A DNA stretch of 64,000 nt from assembly GCA_965206595.1 (NCBI GenBank), contig OZ242214.1, forward strand, positions 1,632,001-1,696,000, written 5' to 3'. The number at the start of each line of letters is the position of its first letter. Position 1 is the first letter of the stretch. Below are positions 29,301 to 39,355 of this stretch, one piece after another. This stretch comes from Candidatus Latescibacterota bacterium. GTDB taxonomy: Bacteria; Latescibacterota; UBA2968; UBA8231. Made by a program: the position numbers and the translations under genes. The notes beneath the pieces are model-generated. The model was not told the DNA's origin. It made no database searches and saw only the letters and a program-made list of their open reading frames with translations.

Positions 29301-30509
29301 TTGGTCGAGGCCGCGATCACACCGGACGCCGCGCACAATCACTCCACCGGCGGAGACTCTTCCGCGGTCCGGCGGTGGATTAAAACCGGAGCTCTGGCCC
29401 TCTTCGGGCTGGTCTGCGGCATGCTGCTCGCCGAGGCCCTCCTCGTCCTGGCGGTTCCGCAACTGCACCGCAGGCCCCGGGTCTGGCAGTTCGACAGCGA
29501 GCTGGGGTGGGGTCACGTTCCCGGCTCGCACGGAAGGCTGGTAAGCCCCGAATTCGACGTCGAGTACCGGATTAATCAACGCGGTCTCCGCGACAGCGAG
29601 ACCCACCCCTCCGGTGCGCCTGGGAAGCGCCTCCTCCTCCTCGGGGACTCGTTTGCCGAAGGCTGGGGCGTCGACATCGAGCAGGCGGTCAGCGAACAAC
29701 TCGAAGAACGGCTCTCCGACGGAGGGATCCCGGGGGAGGTGTTCAACCTCGGCGTCGCCGGGTACGGGACCGACCAGCAGCTGCTGCTGTTTCAGCGCCT
29801 TTGGCGCGCCTACTCCCCGGATATCGTCCTGCTCCTGTTTTACGGAAACGACCTGTGGAACAACGCTCTCAACCGGGGAATCGGCATCGAGAGGGGGTAC
29901 AAACCCCGTTTCGTCCTCGGTCCGGGGAACGGCCTCAGGCTGACCGGAGTACCGGTGCGACGCACTCGCTACTGGGACCTCGACGGGGACCTTCCGATGG
30001 ACCAGCGCGTCTCGCGGTATGCCTACGAGAACTGGCACCTCGCCGTGCTCCTTCGCAAGGCCTTCGCACCGGAGGTTCCAGCGGCCCAGCGGCGGGAGTT
30101 CTACCTCGCCCTGTACGGCACCGGCCCGGACTCGGACCGTTTCGAGAAGGCCTGGAAAATCACGGAACGGCTGCTCCTGGAGTTCGACACCGAGGTTCGC
30201 CGCGCCGATGCGGAACTGCTGCTGGTGTACGTCCCGGCGATCGTCCAGATCGAGCGGGAGGACTGGCAGGCCAAGGTCTCCCAGTACGGGATGCTCGAGG
30301 AAGAGTACGCCCTCGACAAGCCGAACCGGCGGCTCGCCGCGGCCGCGGCCGACCACGGGATTCCCTTTCTCGACCTCTCGCCGGCGTTCCTCGCCGCCGC
30401 GGTCACGGAGACTCTCTTCCACAGGGACAGCCACTGGAACGCCGCAGGGCACGCGCTGGCCGCCGATACCATCGCCGAGTTCCTTCACCGGCAGTCCTGG
30501 CTGCGCTGA
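29301..30509 (+). CDS. membrane-anchored SGNH/GDSL hydrolase-like protein
   Basis: N-terminal TM helix, LGDSFAEG, NLGVAGYGTDQ, GND, DSHWNAAGH. Candidate promoter TTGACA-18-TAGTTT at 29242-29271. Confidence 0.85.
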   Translation: MVEAAITPDAAHNHSTGGDSSAVRRWIKTGALALFGLVCGMLLAEALLVLAVPQLHRRPRVWQFDSELGWGHVPGSHGRLVSPEFDVEYRINQRGLRDSETHPSGAPGKRLLLLGDSFAEGWGVDIEQAVSEQLEERLSDGGIPGEVFNLGVAGYGTDQQLLLFQRLWRAYSPDIVLLLFYGNDLWNNALNRGIGIERGYKPRFVLGPGNGLRLTGVPVRRTRYWDLDGDLPMDQRVSRYAYENWHLAVLLRKAFAPEVPAAQRREFYLALYGTGPDSDRFEKAWKITERLLLEFDTEVRRADAELLLVYVPAIVQIEREDWQAKVSQYGMLEEEYALDKPNRRLAAAAADHGIPFLDLSPAFLAAAVTETLFHRDSHWNAAGHALAADTIAEFLHRQSWLR

Positions 30510-30555
30510 AGGCAGTGACTCCGGACCCCCGCCCGCTCTCCAGCCGCTGAGACCG

Positions 30556-33075
30556 ATGGCGAAATCCTCCGTCCCGATTCTGCTGCTCGTCCTCGCCGTG
30601 GCCATGTATTTCCGGGAGGCGTTGACCCTCCAGGGGGCCTTCTTCGTTCAGGACGTCATGGTCCAGAACTACCCCTTCCGGCACTTCTGTTCCCAGATGC
30701 TCAGGCAGCTCGAGCTTCCTCTCTGGCACCCGGGTATCAACTGCGGTTTTCCCCTGTTCGCCGAGGGCCAGGCCGGGGTCCTGTATCCCTTCAACCTGCT
30801 GACGGCGCTGCTGCTGCCGACCTGGGTGGCCATCAACTACAACGTCGCCTTTCACCTCTGGCTCGGGGGGATGGGGACCTTCGCCTACCTGCGCCTGATC
30901 GGCGCCGGCCGTGCGGGGGCGCTGACCGGCGGACTGACTTTCGCGCTGAGCGGTTACGCCGTCGTGCGCGCCATGTCGCAGAACTTCGTCGACGCCGCGG
31001 CCTGGATGCCGTTTCTGTTCGCGGCACTGGAGCTGGCCGCGCGCCGTCGCAGCATTCGCTGGCTCGGTCTCGCCGCCGCGGTCTTCGCCCTGCAGCTGCT
31101 TGCCGGCCACCCACAGGCAGCCCTGTACTGCGCCGCGGCCGCTTTCCTCTACGCCCTGTATCGAGGCCTCGGGATGCGGGGATCCGGCGCCAGGGACGTC
31201 AGCCGGCTGACGTCCCCCCCCGCGGTCTGGACCGCGGCCGTGGCCGCGGCGTTCGCCCTCGGCGCCGGCATGGCCGCGGTGCAGCTGTTGCCGACCTGGG
31301 AGCTGGTGCAGTTGTCCGGCCGCTCGGAGGGCCTCGATTACGAGCAGTTCGCGAAGATGTCGCTGCCCCCGGAGCGCCTCGTCTGCCTGCTGCTGCCCGA
31401 CTTCTTCGGCAACTCGGCAACCGGTTCCTACTGGGGGAGGGAGGCCGGTTTCTTCATCCAACTCTGCCCCTACGTCGGGGTGCTGCCGCTGTTGCTCGCC
31501 CCCTTGGCGCTGCGCGGAAGCCGCAATCGGTACGCCCCCTTCTTCGCCGCACTCGCCGCCGCGGCCCTGCTGCTCTCCCTGGGCAGGTACACCGTCCTCT
31601 ACGAGATCCTCTACGAGCTGCCGGGGCTGAGTTTCTTCAGGATTCCCACGCGCTTCCTCCTCTGGTGGGCGTTCGCCGCCGCGGTGCTGGCAGGCCTCGG
31701 GCTCGACCGGCTTTGCAGCGGCGAGCACAGGAGGTGGTGGCTGGGCTCGTTGGTCGCCGCCGCCCTCGTGGCCGCCCTCGCCGCGGGAGTCAACGGGGAC
31801 CTCGTGTCAGCGAATCCGGATTCCGGCACGGAGCCGGTAGCCGCGGGCCGCTACCGGGAGGATCTCTCCTCAGATATGCTGCGCTGCGGCCTCATCCTCG
31901 CCGCCGCGGTGCCGCTCGGTTTCGCGGCCGGTCCCGGCCGCAGGCGGCGTTGGACGGGCTGGGCTGTTCCGTTGGTCCTGTTTGCCGACCTCGCCGCTTT
32001 CGGCCGCTCCTTCAACGGCGTGATCGACCCGGCGGTGTACCTCGAGCCGCCGCGGACCGCGGAGCGCATCGCCGCCGCGGCCGCGGCCGATTCTCTAGCC
32101 GTGGAGCTTCCGCCCGGCGGGCGCTTCCGCGTCGCCAGCTTCGTGTCCGAACGGGGCAGCGGGCTCGACTGGCACTCCGGGTGGGTTTACGACCTCGGTT
32201 CCTACCGGTCCTACCCGGAGACCCTGCGGATGTACACCGGCTCCGTCTACGGCCTGGCGAACTCGCTGCCGGGGTGGAGTCCGCTGCACCTGTCGCGGCA
32301 CTGGGAATTCGCCAGGGGGTATCCTGGATTCCTGTCCCTTGCCAACGCGCGCTTCGTCGTTACTCATGCCCCGCTCCGGCAGGCGGGACTGACTCTGTTG
32401 CACCGCGGGGAGCTGTTCCTGTACGAAAACAGCCATGTCCTGCCGCGGGCCTTTCTGGTCGGCGAGGCAAAGGTGATTGCAGGTGCCGGGAAACGCCTGC
32501 GCTACATGCGCGGGGACCGGTTCAGACCGGAGCGCGAGGTGATCCTCGACAGGCCCCCGGATCTCCGGGGTGATGGAGGAAAACCCTCCGCTGGCGCGCC
32601 CCCCGCTGGCGGGGGATTCCCCTCAGGCCAGGCCCACATAACCCGCTACGACCCGTGTCGCGTGGAGGTCGCGGTGGCGCCGAACGAGCCGGGGTTCCTG
32701 GTTTTGAGCGACAGCCACTATCCCGGGTGGCGGGTGGACGTCGACGGGGAAGAGAGGCCGCTGCTGCTCGCCAACCATGTCTTTCGCGCCGTCGCCCTGG
32801 GGCCTGCGGACCGGGAGGTGGTCTTCAGCTTCGAGCCGGCCAGCTTCCGCATCGGGGCTTCGGTCAGCATCGCCGCCCTGCTGCTCTGGGCGGGACTCAA
32901 CTTCGCCGCGCGAGGGCGGGCGCCCTGGGCGGAGGGGACAGTACCAGAGGGGCGCCGCATCCTCTCTTCGACCTGCCAACTCCTCCTCATCCTGTTGCTG
33001 CACGCCGCGATCAGGCAGTGGCCCCTGTGGGCGGGGATGCTCGACCGCTGCCGCGCCCCTGCCGGCTGGTTTTAG
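30556..33075 (+). CDS. YfhO-family polytopic membrane protein (GT-C-like)
   Basis: D...QNYP, PLWHP...CGFP...EGQ...LYP, LAGHPQ, many TM helices, C-terminal LSDSHYPGW...AN..FRAV. Confidence 0.85.
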   Translation: MAKSSVPILLLVLAVAMYFREALTLQGAFFVQDVMVQNYPFRHFCSQMLRQLELPLWHPGINCGFPLFAEGQAGVLYPFNLLTALLLPTWVAINYNVAFHLWLGGMGTFAYLRLIGAGRAGALTGGLTFALSGYAVVRAMSQNFVDAAAWMPFLFAALELAARRRSIRWLGLAAAVFALQLLAGHPQAALYCAAAAFLYALYRGLGMRGSGARDVSRLTSPPAVWTAAVAAAFALGAGMAAVQLLPTWELVQLSGRSEGLDYEQFAKMSLPPERLVCLLLPDFFGNSATGSYWGREAGFFIQLCPYVGVLPLLLAPLALRGSRNRYAPFFAALAAAALLLSLGRYTVLYEILYELPGLSFFRIPTRFLLWWAFAAAVLAGLGLDRLCSGEHRRWWLGSLVAAALVAALAAGVNGDLVSANPDSGTEPVAAGRYREDLSSDMLRCGLILAAAVPLGFAAGPGRRRRWTGWAVPLVLFADLAAFGRSFNGVIDPAVYLEPPRTAERIAAAAAADSLAVELPPGGRFRVASFVSERGSGLDWHSGWVYDLGSYRSYPETLRMYTGSVYGLANSLPGWSPLHLSRHWEFARGYPGFLSLANARFVVTHAPLRQAGLTLLHRGELFLYENSHVLPRAFLVGEAKVIAGAGKRLRYMRGDRFRPEREVILDRPPDLRGDGGKPSAGAPPAGGGFPSGQAHITRYDPCRVEVAVAPNEPGFLVLSDSHYPGWRVDVDGEERPLLLANHVFRAVALGPADREVVFSFEPASFRIGASVSIAALLLWAGLNFAARGRAPWAEGTVPEGRRILSSTCQLLLILLLHAAIRQWPLWAGMLDRCRAPAGWF

Positions 33076-33344
33076 GCGGGCCCGGGTTTCGAGCTTTCCG
33101 GAGAGAATATCGAGGAAGGGCACCGGGGCCCGGGCTCTGGAGCGCTAGTTTCCCACCGGCGGAGGGGCCCCGGCCTGGAGGAGCTGCGATAGCCCAGAAG
33201 TTGAAGCGCCATGAGGTCGGCGCTGCAGCCAGGTGTATCTCCCTTCCGGACCTTCGAGATGACGGGAGGGTTCTGGGATCCACGCCGGTTCCCTGGCCGG
33301 ACGCGAAGCTTCTCGTTCGGGATGGGTGGAAGAAGTGGTCTCTG

Positions 33345-35357
33345 TCAGCCGTTGCCGGCAGCCGCGGCTGCTATGGCGGCGATCGCTTCGGGATTCACCA
33401 GGCTGGAAGTATCTCCGGGATCTTCCCCCAGCCAGGCGCTGCGGATGACGCGGCGCATCACCTTGGCGTTGCGGGTTGTCGGCAGGTCCGGCACGAAGAG
33501 CAGGTCTGCGGGGCGCATCGGTCTGCCGAGCTCCGCGGCGACTTTGTCGAGCAACTCCCGTTTGAGCTGCTCGTCCGCGGTGCTTCCGGGAACCGGCACG
33601 CAGAAGCAGACGACGTCCGTTCCCTTGACCGGGTGGGGGACGCCGACGGCGCCGGCCTCGGCGACCGCGGGGTGGTTGACGAGGATGGACTCGAACTCCG
33701 CGGGGCCCAGGCGCTTGCCGGCGACGTTGATGGTGTCGTCGGAGCGGCCGAGGATGTACCAGGATCCGTCGCCGTCGATGGCGGCCCAGTCGCCGTGCAC
33801 CCAGACGTCGTGCCAGCGCGACCAGTAGGTCCCCAGGTAGCGCTCCTCGTCGTTCCAGAAGCCGCGCGTCATGCCGATCCAGGGAGCGCGCACCACGAGC
33901 TCGCCGACCTCGCCGCGGAGCGGTTCGCCGTCCTCTCCGGCCACGTCCGCGGCCATGCCGGGGCAGGGCCCGGTGAAGGCGGTCGGCTTCGACGGCTGCA
34001 GCAGGTTGCCCATGAGGATGCCGCCGCTCACCTCGGTGCCCCCGGAGTAGTTGATGATGGGCAGCCGTCTTTCCCCGGCGACCTCGAAGAGCCAGTTCCA
34101 GGGGTCGGGGTTCCAGGGCTCTCCGGTGGAGGCGAACAGCCTCAGGGAGGAGAGGTCGCGCCGCCTGACGAGCTCCTCTCCGTGGGGGATGAGGCTGCGC
34201 ACCAAGGTGGGGGAGAGCCCGAGGATCCCGATCCTCTGCGTCTCCACCAGCTTCCACAGGCGGTCGGGCCCCGGATAGTCGGGGGCGCCGTCGTAGAGGA
34301 CGCAGGTCGCTCCCAGCAGGGCGGCGCCGAAGACGAGCCACGGCCCCATCATCCAGCCCATGTCCGTCACCCAGTGAACGACGTCCCCGGCGTGCACGTC
34401 GGTGCCGAAGCACATGTCCTGGGCAGCCTTGACCGGGAACCCGCAGTGGGTGTGCACCGCCCCTTTGGGGCGGCCGCTGGTGCCCGAGGTGTACATGAGC
34501 ATCAGCACGTCCTCGGCCGCGGTCGGCTCCGGCTCACAGGCGTCCGGCATGCCTGCGAGCAACTCGTGCCACCAGTGATCCCGTCTCTCGACCATCTCCA
34601 CGCTCCCGTCCGGGGTAGCGAGTCGGCGCAGGACGACCACGTGCTCGACGCAGGGGGCTTGTCTCAGGGCCTCGTCCGCGGTCTTCTTCAGCGGCACCTG
34701 CCGTCCCCGGCGGCGGGATCCGTCGGCGGTGATCAGGGCCCTGGCGCCGGCGTCCTCGAGGCGGCCGGCCACCGCCCCGGCCCCGAAGCCGGAGAACAGC
34801 GGCAGCAGGATCGCCCCGATGCGGGCGGCGGCGAAAAGGGCGATGACGATTTCGGCCGACATAGGCATGTACAGGCCGACGACGTCCCCCTTGCCCAGCC
34901 CCAGGGAGCGCAGGGCGTTGGCGCAGCGGCCGACCTCGTCGGCCAGCTCGCAGTAGCTGAGGCTTGCCGCGTTCCCCTCCTCGTCCTCGGCGACCAGGGC
35001 GGTTCGCCGCGCCGTTTCCGGGTCCGCCAGCCACTTGTCGAGGCAGCTCTCGACGATGTTGAGTTGCCCGCCGACACACCAGCGGGGGAACGGCATTCCC
35101 CGGGACAGATCGAGGACCTGCGTCCAGGGCCTGGCGAAGCGGATGTCGAGGAACGCGATGACCTGTTCGGTGAACCAGCCTACCTCCTCGGTGGAGCGCC
35201 TTTGCAACTCCTCGAGCGAGCCGACGCCGGCTCGCTCCATAAACGCGGCGAGGTTGCTGCCGGCGACCTGTTCCGGGTCCGGGTGCCAGGCGAAATCGAA
35301 ACTTACCGGACCGGTGCCCGCGGCTGCGGTTGCGCTCATGGAATCCCCCGCAGTCAC
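33345..35357 (-). CDS. acyl-CoA synthetase (acetyl-CoA synthetase-like, AMP-forming)
   Basis: YTSGTSGRPKG, STGEPWN, SGGTE, HGD, GRSDD, PTTRNAKVMRR. Confidence 0.9.
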   Translation of the reverse strand: MTAGDSMSATAAAGTGPVSFDFAWHPDPEQVAGSNLAAFMERAGVGSLEELQRRSTEEVGWFTEQVIAFLDIRFARPWTQVLDLSRGMPFPRWCVGGQLNIVESCLDKWLADPETARRTALVAEDEEGNAASLSYCELADEVGRCANALRSLGLGKGDVVGLYMPMSAEIVIALFAAARIGAILLPLFSGFGAGAVAGRLEDAGARALITADGSRRRGRQVPLKKTADEALRQAPCVEHVVVLRRLATPDGSVEMVERRDHWWHELLAGMPDACEPEPTAAEDVLMLMYTSGTSGRPKGAVHTHCGFPVKAAQDMCFGTDVHAGDVVHWVTDMGWMMGPWLVFGAALLGATCVLYDGAPDYPGPDRLWKLVETQRIGILGLSPTLVRSLIPHGEELVRRRDLSSLRLFASTGEPWNPDPWNWLFEVAGERRLPIINYSGGTEVSGGILMGNLLQPSKPTAFTGPCPGMAADVAGEDGEPLRGEVGELVVRAPWIGMTRGFWNDEERYLGTYWSRWHDVWVHGDWAAIDGDGSWYILGRSDDTINVAGKRLGPAEFESILVNHPAVAEAGAVGVPHPVKGTDVVCFCVPVPGSTADEQLKRELLDKVAAELGRPMRPADLLFVPDLPTTRNAKVMRRVIRSAWLGEDPGDTSSLVNPEAIAAIAAAAAGNG

Positions 35358-36478
35358 ACCGCGTAGGCGACCGAGCCGTCCTCGGAGATCGGGGTCGTGC
35401 CGGTGTTCATCGGCGAGAAGGCTCCTGACTCTGCCTCGGGATCGAGCTCGACCCCGAGACCGGGCGCCTCGGGAACAGTCATGAAGCCCCCTTCGCGGCG
35501 GTGGGCGCAGCGGTAGATGGCGTTCTCGGGCGCCTCGTCCCTCTTCGTGTATTCCTGGGTGACGAAGTTGGGGATGCTGGCGTCGAGATGGAGGGAGGCC
35601 GCGGTGGTCAGCGGCCCGAGAAAGTTGTGGGTGACGACGGCGCAGTGGTAGGACTCGGCGATCGCCGCGATTTTCTTGCAGTGGGTCAGCCCGCCGGCGA
35701 GGGCGACGTCAGGGCGCACGTACTGAGGCCCTCCCGCCTCGAGCAGCTCGCGGAACTCCCAGACCGTGGTCAGGCGCTCGCCGTTTGCGATCGGCACGCT
35801 GGTACGGCGGGCGATCCCCGCCTGCGACTGGATGCTGTCGATCTGAATCGGGTCTTCGAGGAAGTAGAGGTTGAACGGGGCGAGGGCCTCGGCCACGGCG
35901 AGCGCGGTGAGGGGGGTCAGCTTGCGGTGCACCTCGACGACGAGATCGAGATCCGGGCCGCCGGCTTCGCGCGCCGCTCCTACCAGTGCCTCGGCGTTCC
36001 TGACGATGCGGTCGAGGCCGCTGTCGGGATGCAGCGAGGTGATCGGGTCGAACTTGAGGGCGGTGAAACCTTCGGCGACGGCGTTGCGGGCGGTTTCCGC
36101 CATCGCCTCCGGCGTCGCCCCTCCGTCCATCAGGCAGAGGCGGATCCTGTCGCGGCAGCGCCCTCCGAGCAGCTCCCAGACCGGAACCTCGAAGCGCTTT
36201 CCCTTGATGTCCCAAAGCGCGATGTCGATGGCGCTGAGGGCGCCGGCCACGACGTTGCCGCGAAACGGGCTCATGCGGTAGAGGTGCTGCCAGTGATGCT
36301 CTATGCGCAAGGGGTCCTGGCCGACGAGATAGCGCCCGAAGGCGTCGACGACCCGTTCGACCGCCTCGGGATACCCCCAGCAGGCGGTCTGCCCGAGGCC
36401 GGTCAGTCCGGTGTCCGTGTAGACCTTTACCAGGTAATTGCTGCCGAGGTAGAGCGACTCGAGGCGATCAATTTTCAT
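35354..36478 (-). CDS. mandelate racemase/muconate lactonizing enzyme family (galactonate dehydratase-like)
   Basis: SAIDIALWDIKGK, LLGGRCRDRI, KFDP, EVH, EDP, GER, HN.LGP, PGLG. Confidence 0.88.
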   Translation of the reverse strand: MKIDRLESLYLGSNYLVKVYTDTGLTGLGQTACWGYPEAVERVVDAFGRYLVGQDPLRIEHHWQHLYRMSPFRGNVVAGALSAIDIALWDIKGKRFEVPVWELLGGRCRDRIRLCLMDGGATPEAMAETARNAVAEGFTALKFDPITSLHPDSGLDRIVRNAEALVGAAREAGGPDLDLVVEVHRKLTPLTALAVAEALAPFNLYFLEDPIQIDSIQSQAGIARRTSVPIANGERLTTVWEFRELLEAGGPQYVRPDVALAGGLTHCKKIAAIAESYHCAVVTHNFLGPLTTAASLHLDASIPNFVTQEYTKRDEAPENAIYRCAHRREGGFMTVPEAPGLGVELDPEAESGAFSPMNTGTTPISEDGSVAYAV

Positions 36479-36712
36479 GTGTCCACCACCACTTTTCGGA
36501 ACTGGAAGAGCCCTGGCGGGCGGGCCGCAGGCGGTTGAATGCCTGCGGGCAGGGCGGCTATATTATCGCCCCTGTCAGCCCGCGGCAAACGTGGTTCAGG
36601 CTACGGCCCTTCGCCGCCGATTGCCCGGGCTCAGCTGCAGCGCGGCCGGACCATTGGCCGCTTCAGCATCCCTGCCCACAACCTGCATTCCAGACCCCAG
36701 ACCGGAACCTCC

Positions 36713-37468
36713 GTGGCAGAGCTCAGGTTCGCCGCTCCCGAAGAGCGCCGCGTCGCCCTCGTAACCGGAGGGGCCAGGGGCATCGGACGCGCCATCGCCT
36801 TGCGTCTGGCTGCGGACGGCCGCGACCTCGTCATTGCCGACATTCTCGAGGAAGAGGCTGCCGAAACAGTGGCCGCGGTCCGCCGGCAGGGCAGGGAGGC
36901 GGTTTTCCTGCGCACCGACGTCGCCGACGAACCGGCGGTGCGCTCCTGCGTCGAGGGGGCGCGCGAGCATTTCGGCCGCCTCGACATCCTGGTCTGTTCC
37001 GCCGGCATCCTCGGGCTGGAAGCGGACTTCCTCGAGCAGTCGCCGGCCCAATTCGACAAGGTCCTGAAGACCAATCTGTACGGCGCCTTCTACGCTCACC
37101 AGACCGCCATTCCCCACATGCTGGAGGGGGGCTGGGGCCGCTGCCTGTCCATCACGTCGGGCGCCCGCGGGGGCTCCCCGCACCAGGTCCCGTACTGTGT
37201 CTCCAAGGCGGCCCTCTTCTGCTTCGTGCGCTCCCTCGGCAACGCCTATCCCAAGCAGGGGGTTTTCGTCAACGGGGTGGAACCTGGCCGCGCCCTGACC
37301 GACATGGTGGTGCCGCGGTTCACGGCCGAGCACCTCGCCAATCCCGGCACCCCGGTAGGCCGCTACTCCGATCCCGAGGAAGTGGCCGAGGTCGCGGCCT
37401 TTCTCTGCTCGGAGCGCAACACCTATACCACCGGGTCGATCTGGAGCGTCAAGGGAGGCAGCGGCTAA
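36713..37468 (+). CDS. SDR family oxidoreductase
   Basis: TGGARGIG, YCVSK. Candidate promoter TTGAAT-18-TATATT at 36535-36564. Confidence 0.85.
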   Translation: MAELRFAAPEERRVALVTGGARGIGRAIALRLAADGRDLVIADILEEEAAETVAAVRRQGREAVFLRTDVADEPAVRSCVEGAREHFGRLDILVCSAGILGLEADFLEQSPAQFDKVLKTNLYGAFYAHQTAIPHMLEGGWGRCLSITSGARGGSPHQVPYCVSKAALFCFVRSLGNAYPKQGVFVNGVEPGRALTDMVVPRFTAEHLANPGTPVGRYSDPEEVAEVAAFLCSERNTYTTGSIWSVKGGSG

Positions 37469-39355
37469 GTGGTGCCGCCTGAAGTGTTGCTCGATTCCCG
37501 GGGCGACGGCCCGGGCGGCTGGGCCTCCCGCTTCTCCGGGTTCTCCGGGAAGGTCGAGGTCGCTTCCCAGGCCGACGTTCCCCAGGCGCTGGAGGAGATC
37601 GAAAGGGCGGTTGCCAGCGGCCTCCACGCCGCCGGTTTCCTGACCTACGAGGCCGCCCCCGGCCTCGACGCGGCGATGCGCACGAGGGCTCCCGGAACCC
37701 TGCCCGTGCTCTGGTTCGGTCTGTTTTCGGAACGCCGCCGGCCACCCCTGGACAGGCCTTGGCCGCCCCCGGCGGGGGCTTACGCTGCCGGCCCCTGGGA
37801 ATCCTCGATGGACAGGTCCGCCTATGCCGCCGCGGTGGAGGAGATCCACCGCTACATCCTGGCCGGCGATACCTACCAGGTCAATTTCACCACCCGCATG
37901 CGGACCCCGATCTCGGGAGATTTCCTCGCTCTCTACGACGACATCTGCGCCGCTCAGCGCTCCGGTTACTGCGCCTTCCTCGACATCGGGTCGCACGCGG
38001 TTCTGTCGGCGTCTCCCGAGCTGTTCTTCTCCCTGAAGGATGGCCGGCTGCGGGCGCGGCCGATGAAGGGGACCCGCCCGCGCGGCCGCTGGCTGGAGGA
38101 GGACCGGGCCCTGGTCGAGGAGCTGGCATCCGATCCCAAGGAGCGCGCCGAGAACGTCATGATCGTCGACCTGCTGAGGAACGATCTCGGACGCGTCTCC
38201 GCGGCCGGATCGGTCGTGGTCCCGAGCCTGTGGCAGGTGGAGCGGTACGAGACCGTGAACCAGCTCGTCTCCCAGGTCGAATCGGAGGTTGAACCGGGCA
38301 CGAGCCTGCGGGACCTGTTCGCCGCCCTGTTTCCCAGCGGTTCGGTCACCGGGGCCCCCAAAGTGCGCACCATGGAGCTCATCACCGAGCTCGAGACCGC
38401 GCCGCGCGGCATCTATACGGGGTGCATCGGCTACCTCTCCCCGGGAGAGGAGGGCGTCGGAGGCGGGTCCCCGCGAGGGGGAGTCACCGCCATGGAAGCC
38501 TGCTTCAGCGTCGCCATCAGGACCGTCTGCGTCGACCGCGGCCGCGGACAGGCGGAGTACGGCGTCGGCAGCGGGGTTACGCATTACTCCGCCGCGGCCG
38601 CCGAGTTCGAGGAGTGCAGGCTCAAGGCCCGCGTTCTCACCGAGCGCCGGCCTCCGTTCGATCTGTTCGAGACCTTGCGGCTCGATACCGGGGCTGGCGT
38701 CTCCTCCCGGGAGGGGGGATACTTTCTCCGCGACCGCCACATCGCCCGGCTGCGGGACTCCGCCGCCTACTTCGGCTTCGCCTGCGACGAAGAGCAGGTG
38801 CTCGCCGCCCTCGAAGGCCACGCCCGCGGGCTGCGGCCGGGGGGAGGCATCCACCGGGTCCGACTGGTGCTGTCGCGGGCAGGAGAGGTGACGGTGAAGA
38901 GCCGGCCGCTCCCCTTCGCCGAAGGCTGTCCGCTGCGCGCCGGGATCGCCCGGGATGCGGTGTCGAGCGGCGACGTGTTCCTCTACCACAAGACGACCAA
39001 CAGGCAGGTCTACGAGGAACGCCGGTCCCACTGCGGCGCTGGCGAGGTGCTGCTGTGGAACGAGCGCGGCGAGCTGACCGAGGCTTCGATCGGCAACATC
39101 GTCGCCGTTTCGGAAGGGCGGCGATGGACGCCGCCGCGGGAGTGCGGGCTGCTGGCCGGAACCTACCGGAACCATCTTTTGGAACTGGGGGAGATCGAGG
39201 AGCAGGTGATCGCCATCGACGAGGTGGAAGAGGCGGAGGGGCTGTTTCTGATCAACTCCGTGCGCGGTTGGGTCCCTCTCGAACTCGTTGGTATCGGGAC
39301 GGCGGGCGCTGCGCCGCGGCAGCGGGAGCCCGCCGCAGACATGGGAGCAGGATGA
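37469..39355 (+). CDS. pabB: aminodeoxychorismate synthase component I fused to class IV aminotransferase/ADC lyase (PabB-PabC)
   Basis: GDTYQVN, SPELF, PMKGT, KERAENVMIVDLLRNDL, VAIRT, followed by HKTT.R, E....N and GLLAGT.R. Confidence 0.9.
   Translation: MVPPEVLLDSRGDGPGGWASRFSGFSGKVEVASQADVPQALEEIERAVASGLHAAGFLTYEAAPGLDAAMRTRAPGTLPVLWFGLFSERRRPPLDRPWPPPAGAYAAGPWESSMDRSAYAAAVEEIHRYILAGDTYQVNFTTRMRTPISGDFLALYDDICAAQRSGYCAFLDIGSHAVLSASPELFFSLKDGRLRARPMKGTRPRGRWLEEDRALVEELASDPKERAENVMIVDLLRNDLGRVSAAGSVVVPSLWQVERYETVNQLVSQVESEVEPGTSLRDLFAALFPSGSVTGAPKVRTMELITELETAPRGIYTGCIGYLSPGEEGVGGGSPRGGVTAMEACFSVAIRTVCVDRGRGQAEYGVGSGVTHYSAAAAEFEECRLKARVLTERRPPFDLFETLRLDTGAGVSSREGGYFLRDRHIARLRDSAAYFGFACDEEQVLAALEGHARGLRPGGGIHRVRLVLSRAGEVTVKSRPLPFAEGCPLRAGIARDAVSSGDVFLYHKTTNRQVYEERRSHCGAGEVLLWNERGELTEASIGNIVAVSEGRRWTPPRECGLLAGTYRNHLLELGEIEEQVIAIDEVEEAEGLFLINSVRGWVPLELVGIGTAGAAPRQREPAADMGAG

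Noticed and set aside
33238-33260. Minus-strand AGGTCCGGAAGGGAG resembling the SRP RNA core
   Set aside because: The following GCAGC and the symmetric helix-8 pairing are absent.
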